From: Perna viridis
Taxonomy: Eukaryota
Direction: 5' to 3'
Length of the DNA: 64,000 bases
Assembly (NCBI GenBank): GCA_037379345.1
Contig: CM074512.1
Span: forward strand, 32,488,001 to 32,552,000
Below, one piece after another: positions 47,957-58,400 of the stretch. Below the pieces are notes generated by a model. The model made no database searches. It was not told the origin of the DNA and saw only the letters and a list, made by a program, of their open reading frames with translations. The position numbers and the translations under genes are program-made. Each line of letters opens with the position of its first letter. Positions within the stretch are counted from its first letter, which is position 1.

Positions 47957-49104
47957 TTATCGGATTTATTCTGACCTTGGTTGTTGTAACTATTATTATA
48001 GTTTCCTCTACCTCCGAAACTACCTCTCTGACCTCTATTCGTACCTCTACTATTATAACCTCTATAACTTCTATAACCTTGTCCTGACCCTTTTCCATTT
48101 TGATTTTGTTTTTCATTTCTATTCGACTCTTTCAACTTTTTAAGTTCATCTTCAATAGATTCTATTTTCTTGTTCAGAGATTTCAACGATTTCGATACTT
48201 CATCTAGTTTATCTGATTGAGTAATCGAAGCTTGTTGTTGTATCTTTTTCTCAGTACTTTTAGACCTTTGATAATTAGATAAGTCAAGTTCTATTGATCT
48301 TATTTCTTTTCTTAACTGATCAAAATCCATTACAGTATCATACTTATATCTACTAGCATTTTTCAATGATGGATCTCTCAAACCAGACCAAAATTTTGAC
48401 CGAAGCATCTCATTCTTAGCTGCAGGATTTATTTGACCCTTTTCAACAGCCAATTGTATCAAACCCTCTAATTGCATACCATATTCAGCAACTGATTGAT
48501 TTGGTTGTTGATTTTCACTATAAAATCTCTGCAGTAATGCTTCACTACTAAACACATTCCCATAGACCCCTTCAAGTTTATCTATAATCTGGGACGGTGT
48601 AGCGTCATCGGACAATGAAAGTAGCAAACTTCTTGCTTTCCCCTTCAAAGACCCACGTATACTCTGTCGCAAAATAATATCGCTATAATTCCCTTCTCTA
48701 ATAATACATCTGACTTCGTATTTCCATACGTCAAAATTCACTTCGCTTTTCTCTTCCCCAGAAAATATTGGTATTCTAGGTTTAGCTTGAGACACACCAG
48801 GATTATCATGTGCCATTGTGGCATGAAAATCATGAATAGGGGGTGGGGTATGTGTAGGCGTTTGCCTGCTCCTTACTGCTGGGGTACTAGTTACAAATGC
48901 AGAAGGAATATGTTTCATTCTATCGAACTCTTCAGATGTAACAACTTTGTAATCTGAATGTCGATTAATAATATCGATCATAAGAGCTATTTTCTCTTCA
49001 CTAATACTTTCAATACTACTCTTTTGCTCTTCCTTGTGTGTCTCTTTGCCACCCGATGCCATAATAACTAATAGAGTTACTAAACTCAAATATAAATTCA
49101 ACAT
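47944..49104 (-). CDS. gag: Gypsy Gag (PNMA/Ma-like capsid), RG/N-rich tail, no CCHC knuckle
   Basis: PRIPIFSGEEKSEVNFDVWKYEV, IRGSLKGKA, FYSENQQPNQSVAEYGMQLE, LRSKFWSGL. The real start may be Met at 49062 (MASGG). Confidence 0.93.
   Translation of the reverse strand: MLNLYLSLVTLLVIMASGGKETHKEEQKSSIESISEEKIALMIDIINRHSDYKVVTSEEFDRMKHIPSAFVTSTPAVRSRQTPTHTPPPIHDFHATMAHDNPGVSQAKPRIPIFSGEEKSEVNFDVWKYEVRCIIREGNYSDIILRQSIRGSLKGKARSLLLSLSDDATPSQIIDKLEGVYGNVFSSEALLQRFYSENQQPNQSVAEYGMQLEGLIQLAVEKGQINPAAKNEMLRSKFWSGLRDPSLKNASRYKYDTVMDFDQLRKEIRSIELDLSNYQRSKSTEKKIQQQASITQSDKLDEVSKSLKSLNKKIESIEDELKKLKESNRNEKQNQNGKGSGQGYRSYRGYNSRGTNRGQRGSFGGRGNYNNSYNNQGQNKSDNLNG
47950..47956 (-). promoter_or_regulatory. 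-1 programmed ribosomal frameshift slippery heptamer U UUA AAC
   Basis: gag frame GAT AAT TTA AAC GGA TAA. The -1 frame has TAA immediately before the heptamer, then reads TTT AAA CGG ATA... open into pol. Confidence 0.85.
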
Positions 49105-49726
49105 GCAAAATGATCAATGAAAATGAAATGAACAATGATGATACTTACCAATAATCAGTCAATGTCAGTCGAAACTGTCGCGGCAGACATGCTTGAGAGT
49201 GATTACATCTACAGTGCTCAGTGTGCGGATTAATTCATAAATCTGATAAATATAATTAAAATATCAATATTCATAAAACATCAATACATAAACACATGTA
49301 CACAATATAAATGAATAAAATTGTAAATATTTATGTTTCGGCAAAATGTCCTCAGTTGACCTGTCGCTGGCGTCTATACATCATATCATGTAACGCAAAT
49401 TGCTTATCGGCAAATTAAAAGGAACTGCACATCGTTCGACTCCTATTACGGTATCGGACTGACTCCAGTTGCATACTGTTTGTAATTTCTTTCAATGTTA
49501 CGAAATTATGTTTTGTTGAAATAAAGTCTGCGCAAATACATAAATGGTTTGTAATTATGTTGACTTTCCCACAATTAATCTAATTTTAATACTTTAACCA
49601 TGTCTTCTCATAATTATACGGACGGCTAATTTGCTGGAATTCTTGTATGGATCCCAACCATTTTACCAATACCGTTTGTCGTGGTTCCGGAACATATGTG
49701 GTTAAAGTTGAAATTTGGTAATTTTA

Positions 49727-49856
49727 AGTTGTACCAATAAAGTTGTACCATTAAAGTAGTACCATTAATAAAGTTGTACCATTAAAGTAGTACCATTAAT
49801 AAAGTTGTACCATTATAAAGTAGTACCATTAATAAAGTTGTACCATTATTACCATG
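49727..49856. repeat. Tandem array of 14-17-bp units in the Gypsy 5' leader
   Basis: About 8 copies of aaagt(t/a)gtaccatt(aat) directly downstream of the PBS on the element strand. Confidence 0.9.
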
Positions 49857-49867
49857 GACTATAGCTT

Positions 49868-49885
49868 ATCTCGGTGGAACCTCCA
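49868..49885 (-). promoter_or_regulatory. Primer binding site complementary to tRNA-Gln 3' end
   Basis: Plus strand ATCTCGGTGGAACCTCCA equals the 3' 18 nt of metazoan tRNA-Gln (..AATCTCGGTGGAACCT+CCA), 2 nt from the 5' LTR. Confidence 0.9.
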
Positions 49886-49887
49886 TT

Positions 49888-50756
49888 TGTCGCAGGTCAA
49901 AATACAAGGGCCGGGACATCGGCAAAATATTTGTATTATGGCTGCATAAAAAGTCGTCCTGGTAATTTAACTTTATTCGTCTGAAAATAAACATATACAT
50001 GTTTGCCAAATACAGCGTAACCTGAAAATAATGCACAAGATCTACACATTCCATAAATGTGTATTTACGGAGTATCGATGCACAAAAACTATCATTTGCC
50101 GATATTGAATGATAAACTAACATGAAATGAATGAACTATACGAATTTTAACTTTGCATAAATTTGTGAAAATGAATTACGGAAATTGAAATGAAATATTA
50201 TTAAACTAAAGAATAATGATTATTGTCAAATTGAAACTATATGAATTCCAAATAGCTAAAACGTTTATCCAATTTACTTACTATCAATCTTATTAAACTT
50301 TATCTCATTGAATAATAAAGTTTCCAAATAAAATATTTTAGAAATGAAATAAATTTCTTAATCAATAAATATTCGTACCTGAACGGCGACTTGCGTCCTC
50401 CGTCGACTATTGTGGAGTGAGCAAATTTTCAATTGTTATTGATTTTATAATATTTTGTTAGTAAGACATGCAGTGCCCGTGGCGCGGGAATGTCGATACT
50501 GTATAAAGTCAAAATATAGTTCATGTCGTATTGATTAAATGTACGTCATGATGATTACAAATACATGTACGTCATGATGAATATGAATGAATGACGAATG
50601 ATATGATGAGTGATTGATAACATATAAACAAAACATCCCCCTTCTAGATTATAAACAACTAATAATCTATCAAATTCAAGTACGGATCATATATGCATAC
50701 GATCTACATAATAACTATATCAAATACATCCCCCCTTTACAATCTATACGGTGACA
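49888..50756 (-). repeat. 5' LTR (869 bp)
   Basis: Identical by eye to 41816-42684; adjacent to the PBS. Confidence 0.97.
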
Positions 50757-50899
50757 ATACAAAAATGGTGGTGATCCATTGAGATGTGTTTTTCATGGAA
50801 AGTCAAAATGGTCTAATATAGGGTAAAATTTGATTCTGTTTACTGTGTATAATGGTAACTAGTTAGCACGTATCATCAATATTGTATTGTTAATTATGT

Positions 50900-51112
50900 A
50901 AGAGTAGTCAAGGGAACCGAGGTTATATAGCGGTAATCAAAAGAATGTAAGCCAGGGACAAAGACCAAACATGGAAAACAGACATACACAATAAAGAACA
51001 TAAAGTAACTAAAATCATACATACAAAGTGACAAAAGCAAATGAGCAACTCGGACTCCACTAAAAACTGGAAGCATGGACCAGGTGCACCGGTAGGGTAA
51101 GCGTCCTCTGTT
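50900..51112 (-). repeat. Dispersed short repeat family, best-preserved copy
   Basis: Reverse complement cagaggacgcttaccctaccggtgcacctggtccatgcttcc...cggttcccttgactac; matches 28305-28465 and 7125-7350. Confidence 0.75.
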
Positions 51113-52643
51113 CTTATATATTTTTTTAATAATTCATTATTTAGGAAACATTGTTTTACTGAAAACCTTGTTTTTCATACAAACAAAATATGGATAGTCA
51201 CCACATTTCTTACTGCTTTGAATTGTTTAACTGATCCGGCGGTTGGAAAACTGTACCAAACTGTGTATCTCAATGAGAAGAATGCTAGCATCACTTGTTT
51301 CGAGATGAATATCTATTTATATGTCAGAAATCTTAGTCAGAAACACAAATTTTGACGTTGGCCATGTTTTTTTACGTTACCGTAAACGAGTCTTTACGTC
51401 ATGATGTCATAATGTTACACAAGCTGTCAAGTGGTATACAAGGAGAAAAATCGATAGAACTGATCAGTCGTTATACGACATCCGAGGTGTATCACTTCTT
51501 CCTAATACACGTTATACGTGAGACTACTTGCCTAATTGAAGTTCGCATACCAGCCGACGTTTCTTATAACGACCAACACATTGTCTTTATGGCGCTGCTT
51601 CTAAACAACTAGAAGTCATATTTCAAAAGGTCATTATCAATAAAGAATTGTAGTTTTTTCCAGTATAAGAGACGCTTTACCAAAGTTTTTTTTATAAATA
51701 TAAGAGTCTACAAAAGTTTATAACTTTGTCGAATTTCACGCTCACTTAGAGAAAGTTCCAGCCAAAATACGCACACCAGATACCAATACATTCGTAGTAT
51801 GGATATTTTCGATGGATTAAATAATCCAATGATCACATAAAAAAACCATACCGGGTTAAATAACCACGAAATAACTCTGATGTCAGCTGAATAAAAAAGA
51901 TAAGAACTGGGTTTCATATATCAAATGCATTAATTGACTTTATTTTTGCTATATATTCTTCTTAGTCGACACGAAGCGCTGACTAGAGCTATTCCTACAT
52001 GTATACTGCTTGCAAATGTTATGAAGTTTATGTTAAACTATTCAAATGAATACAATTAAATAGTAATCTATTTTAACACGTTCGCATAAATTATGCCAGT
52101 GTGTTAAACCACCTCTGCATTACTGGGCCATTACTTGCATCTTTCGTTACAGAGGTACCTGTCTGTCGGTCAGTAGTCAGTCACTTCAGCCGTAGCGGTC
52201 AAGGTCGTTTCACATTTGTTGGTGGAGTCATTCAGTCACTTCTACCGTAACGACCGAGGTGGCTACTGTATCTCAACAAAAGCTGTGTAATATCGAATTT
52301 TTAAATTCACTATTCTGATTACGAAACACACACACCAAAATGTATGGTAGCAGTGCGCCAGTTTGTGTAATATTCAAGTTCGATATCGGTTTACATAGAA
52401 TACTTGGATGAATGAATACAAAACTCTCGGACATAGTGCTTAATTGAACTACAAACTACTCATTGGCCATTCCTAGTTTTCTTTTTAATTTTCAGGTCGA
52501 AAATCAATTTATCGACCTCCACGTCGAAACTGTCTGTTAAATCATTCAAAATTAATCCGCAATCATTGAAATAAATCATATCCTTAAATGTTCCTCTCAA
52601 CCAGCTATATTTCTTGATGAGCTTTATAGTTCAAGTGCTACAA

Positions 52644-52924
52644 GTTATTCCATGAACGTCTATGTGTCATGTAAAAGCGCTTAGTTTCTGGGCACCTAAG
52701 TATAGTTCCACGCGTTATTCCATAGACGTCTATGCGTCATGTAAAAGCGCTTAGTTTCTGGGCACCTAAGTATAGTTCCACGCGTTATTCCATAGACGTC
52801 TATGCGTCATGTAAAAGCGCTTAGTTTCTGGGCACCTAAGTATAGTTCCACGCGTTATTCCATAGCCGTCTATGCGTCATGTAAAAGCGCTTAGTTTCTG
52901 GGCATCTAGCTATTATAGCTCCAC
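52644..52924. repeat. 70-bp minisatellite, 4 copies
   Basis: Unit gttattccatagacgtctatgcgtcatgtaaaagcgcttagtttctgggcacctaagtatagttccacgc starts at 52644, 52714, 52784 and 52854. Confidence 0.95.
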
Positions 52925-53504
52925 AAACACGTACATTTACATAAACGATAATGTCTTATAATATAATTTCACTAATCATGTCTGCTGCAGGAAACATTAG
53001 CCATGCACTTTTAAGCCCTGGACCACCTACATCTCTATTATAATAGCCAAGTAGATTGATTATTGCAAAAAGCAATAATACATGACCTCAATTCAAGAGA
53101 AATGCATTATCGAAATTCCTATGCCATCGTCTAGGCAAAGTTTCATTTAATTTGTCATCTACGGGCTCCAGATGTCACGAGGCGATAACCGTAATAAAAC
53201 TACACGATACCGTAGGTGATACGTCAGGATGGTTTCGGGGGTTTTGCTACCCTTTTGTAAAAGAAATGGCCAAACGACGAGGAAAGTAATAGCCTGAAAC
53301 CCCTTTCTTCATACAAGTTTCTTGATCGAAACCACTGCCCCTTTTATCCGCCAGGGCCTGCTTGGAATATCTGGTATTCCAATTGGTACTCGGCATTCCT
53401 CTTTATATTTCAAGTCTATGATTGATAACTATTCATAATCTCGCAGGTTTTTTTTTATTTTATAGCTAAACATCAAATGGTTTATTATGTGTCTAAACAT
53501 AGAT

Positions 53505-54914
53505 CCCAGACAGCATTCATACGTTGGGCCAACGTTGGTTCAACGGAATCATTTTTGTTGGGCCTACGTAGGGTACCCAATGTTGGCCCAACGTTGTAAG
53601 TGCAAAGAGAGCCAACGTTGCATGGCCCAACGCTGGCCCAACGTAATGTCAACACTGACCCAACGAATACGCAATGTTGGCCCAACATAAGCCCAACCTT
53701 AACCCAACCATATGGCCAGACGATTGTATTCCTTAAGATATTAGAACATAATTTTATTATGTATTTCCTGGTCATGCCGCAGAGTTCTGATGCTGTGCAC
53801 TCCTACAGAGTAAGGGCTTTCATTTCCCCTCATTTTATCATATAAATTCTTTACAGTAAGAATATACCAATGACAATCTGATTGTAGTTTACAAGATTAA
53901 AACAAGAAAATATATAAAATTAGCAGATACTATGAGCATTGATATACTAATTATTGAAAATTTGCATTTTATTTTTTGCATTGAATAGACATATGATAAC
54001 ATCTGTCAATGTTTTGTGTTTAGGATGAATTTACATTGAAAATATGTATACATTTGTTTAAAATGAGAGACAACTTTTGTTTTAAAAAGGTGTATTGTGG
54101 TCTCAGTTACAAAGCTGCATAAGGGGGAGATAATCATGTACATTGTTGTTATCATAAATTAGATTTGTTTATTCATAATAATTATTCTGTGTTATTAAGT
54201 TCTAATTATTAAATGCGAATACTTTTTGCATGAATATTAAACATGCAGTTAACAGAACTCAAGAAAAGAGCCAACAATACTTTTTGAAAGAAGTAAAATA
54301 ATATTAATATATATACTTTGGATTTTTAACGTTGGCCCAACGTTGGCCCAACCTAGTATCGCAGTTTAGATGCAATACAGTGTTTGCTTTCATACATCCT
54401 GATTTGCTTTCTAGTTTTACTTTCTTGAGACCGACATACATTTTTACATCAAGAATAATATTAAGTCTTTTTTAACACGTTTGTTACCTAAGTCGTTTCG
54501 ACCTTGGTTCAGTATTGGCTTAATGTTGGCTCTGGGTTGGACAAATGTAGAATAATGCAAATAATGTAATCATGGTTTTGATTTAAAGATCAAAATTTAA
54601 CAGTACTCTCACGCAGAATTCGCTTCTAAAACAAGTTTTTAAAGAGAAACATAAAATGAAATGGTTGTTCAAACATAGTCCGGCCAACGTTGGACCAAAG
54701 TTGGGCCAACGTGGAACCTTTTTATGATATGAAAGTATTTAAAATTTCAAAATGTCGTGTTTAATCATTTTGGTTGTCAAGTAAAAACCATTTTGCTTAA
54801 AATAAATCAAGAAGAAACATTTCCATTGGGTCAACGTTGTCTTGCCAACGCCAACTAAAAGCCAACGATCCAACCATCAGCCAACGTTGGCCCAATGGAG
54901 GCATGCTGTCTGTG
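53505..54914. mobile_element. Non-autonomous EnSpm/CMC-like DNA transposon
   Basis: TIR CCCAGACAGCAT / ATGCTGTCTGTG (1 mismatch), AT duplicated at both ends, many subterminal palindromic CCAACGTTGG repeats. Confidence 0.8.
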
Positions 54915-55462
54915 ATAGGCAACTTGAATATATCGACACTGAACGACTGGCTTAATCTGGTAAATGCATAAAAATAAACAGGTACAGTAGTGATAAGAGG
55001 TTAGAGGTAAACTATTTTAATGGGATCGTTGTTAACTACAAACCAAATTAATCAGAAGATTTAGTTCGTAGTAAAAATTGTTTAATTGGTTTGTTAATTG
55101 GCGTAAATAACATAGAATTAAATTTGATATATTAGAAATCCCTACGAAGTGGACTTAACTATCTGCATTTGAACCTTAATGGGGGTGACAATGCGACTAT
55201 TTTCCTGCGGTAGTGTAAGATAATTGCAGATGCGATCAGGTTTTACAAATCTAAAAGCTCTAGATCTGGTGACTGGTATATCAATTCTGATAAAAATCAC
55301 TGTAATCCGAAAAGTAATCTCTTTGTTGTCCCGAATACGGATATAGTTTTACACACGCCATAGAGTTTCCGCCACGTAAACACCCACAACAAACTTCGAT
55401 AATAATATTGATTTTCATAAAATTATTGCATCACAGGGCTGTGACAACTTTTCTAATAGAAA

Positions 55463-58400
55463 ATGGCTGGAAGGTTGAGTTCTGCCATGGCATCTGGACC
55501 GGCAGTTGCATGCATGAAAACACTAATGATGGTTTTCAACTTTATTTTCTGGGTAATATATTTTTCGTCATAAATACTTTCATATGTTTTCTTTTTGTTT
55601 ACATTATAATTTGCAGCTATACTGTACATGCATACACGTTAACACTCCAACGTTAGGAGGAACACTCCCACAAAGCATATAAAAAATTTTGAATTTCCCC
55701 ACATTAAAATTTATGTAAATTAAAGATTGGTAGAAATTTTTTGTCAAAATGAAAAATACTTAATAATTGAATTTTTACGCTCAAAAAACTCTGCTTTCTT
55801 TTTCAGTGAAACTCCTATATGGGACAGTTTCAATGGGGAGAATCTCCCACTTGAACTGTTCCAAAGGTTAACAGGTATGGTATATGTCCCATTTTTGAAA
55901 TACTTGTCATTTTTAAAGAATGTGCAACTGTTAAAATATGTATTAGTCCCAATAACATAAAATATTTCATATTTGTATTCCAATATTTAAGTGTGCAGAA
56001 AAAAGTCTTATTCCATAACCATATTGTCTTTAGTCCTGCAACGGATTGATGAATTGATTGATTGTTGGGGTTTAACTCCCCGAGCTGCAATATTTGTGCT
56101 ATATTCAGGTGATGAACATGAAATGGATGATAAAATGAACATGAAAAAATGATGATGATGAAATGAAAAGGGTCAACAAATTTTGATTGCCACTGTGGCA
56201 CAGTGCAAAGGTTCCTACTTCTATTGAATACCACAGTAGGGTTCTTTAACGTGCGAGGAACATAGCATCTTTCCCAACACAGTGCACCACTATGGTTTGC
56301 AGTCCTCCTGCAACATATAATACTGTAGTTGTGTGATATTTCATATTTGGACATATAAAATATCCAATTATAAAATGTTGCCTAATTGCTTTTGTCTTTA
56401 GTCCCTGCAATATCTTTGATGGAATCAGAAAAAAATACAAAGAAGTTACAGTGTATGTTCAAACCTAGCGGTTGATTAGAAGCAGTTCATAATCAAACCT
56501 ATGACTCATGTCAATATACATGTAAGCCAATGCTCTACTACATTTTGTACATCAACTAAAGCAATACAAACAATATAATTATATAACAATACACAGGATG
56601 ATCTCAACAAAAACAGAGGTTACCCCTACCTAAATACATGGATGCATAGAAAGATATTCTGAAAAAATTAAGTACCAAAGTGAAAAAAGGAAACAGAAAA
56701 GTGGAGCAGTGATGCAAATGAGCATACAAATAGAAAAGTTCACTACCAGAAAAAAATAAGCCCATGTTTAATGTATATTCTAATTTCAATGGAAGAACCA
56801 TTGGACCTTTGCACATTCAATTGTATTTAAACCTGTTTAATTGGTACAAAATTAAGAACACATGTACATGTATAACCAGGTAAACAAAATTTAACTGGCT
56901 GCTCTGATTCTATTGTACTTACATGTATGTACACACTCAAGGTATTTCAAATTACATCTTTTTGTACAAGCTGTAAAAGTTCAGTGTGAATTGCATTGTT
57001 ATGTGAAGTGAGCTCCACAGACCTCACAATAAATGGAGTCATCCAAAGATTGAACACATTAGATATATCAATCAAAGAATCTACTCTGTTTGTGATGTTT
57101 ATTGATTCAATCTTTGGTTGGTTCTGTTCATCATGAGGTATGATATCTCCAGTTGCCTCATGCAATAATGCAACAGTCATACCAAATTTTAACAGGTTGT
57201 AATTGGCATGAATCCAATAATCACATGCACAAATGATTGCATATTCAAAGATATGGAACGAAAACAAGTGATACAGCATACATTGCACAATTTGCACTAT
57301 ATTGCCTGTCTTGGCATATTGTTGATCCAATCTCTCAATATCAACTGAAAATGTTGGTAAATACACATGTATGTGGCAATAGATGTACATATGTTGTATT
57401 ATAGATTTGTATTCATGTTTATTCATTGCCAACCAATGGAAATAAAATTATGATTATTATGTTAATGGAATATTTGCACTGAGATAGCATTTACAAGGTA
57501 AGATTACTCTAAATGGTAGATATATTTTATTGTATACTTAGTTTTTTTGGTTAATAAAAATCAAATCTACATAGCTAGTATCTCATATAATCCAGCTATT
57601 GTTTTAGTACTGGTCTCATGCTACATGTAGTTTCTTTCACTGGTTAAGAAAATAAGAAAATAATTGAATTATTCACTTTCTCCTTTCAGGTTACTGGTAT
57701 TGCCATTTTGGCAATTGGTATATGGACTAAAGTTGATCTTTATAAGTATATGGAGTTGTCATCCATCTATTACAAGGAGTCCCCCTACATACTGATAGGA
57801 GTGGGTGTAGTTATCGTCATTGTTGGATCCCTTGGATGCTGCTGTACTGTCAAAGGCAACTCTGTGTTACTTTACATGGTAAGTATTGCATACAGCATCT
57901 AGTCTACCTAGTCCAACTCATCTATTAAGGCAATGACAATTTTTTATTGTTGGTTTCTCCTGAAATGTGGGATATTATAGGGTTGTGCCATATGCATAGT
58001 GGACAAACATATGTCATATAAGGTTAGTATAGCTGGTAAAAAAATACATGTGGAACAGAACTTAACCACTACATGTACATGCTTTTCCTTACATACATAT
58101 ATGAACATATTTTATGGCAAAAATCCAAAATACTTGTCAGTTATACATGTTCATGTAATTTATTTGAAAAATGTCTTCTACTTGGTTTACATTTTATCAT
58201 ACTGTAGTTTGCAAAGTTAAATGTTAAGATCAGAATTTTAAACACTTCAGTTTTTGTTTTAAATACTGTTCAATCAAAAATCTCTTTTTATTAATAGATA
58301 TTCAGGTATTTTTTTTTACTATTTCAGTATGCAGGATTTCTAGTTATTGTATTTGTCATCATGCTTGCCACTGGTGCTGCTGGATTTGTCTACAAGGGAA

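Larger units (their letters stand above)
41816..50756 (-). mobile_element. Full-length, intact Ty3/Gypsy LTR retrotransposon (8941 bp) with three ORFs
   Basis: Two 869-bp TG..CA LTRs, 4-bp TSD ATAC (41812-41815 / 50757-50760), tRNA-Gln PBS, PPT, uninterrupted gag, pol (PR-RT-RH-IN order) and ORF3. Confidence 0.98.

Noticed and set aside
52644-52924. CRISPR-like array
   Set aside because: Units are contiguous with no unique spacers, the context is eukaryotic and there are no cas genes; it is a minisatellite.
53485-53845. ORFs rich in VGPTL/GQHC repeats
   Set aside because: Translation of the CCAACGTTGG subterminal repeats of the EnSpm-like MITE.
55727-57432. 174-aa and 161-aa minus-strand ORFs in tetraspanin intron 1
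   Set aside because: No domain-like composition, partial overlap with SINE-like and AT-rich sequence, and no supporting splice structure seen.
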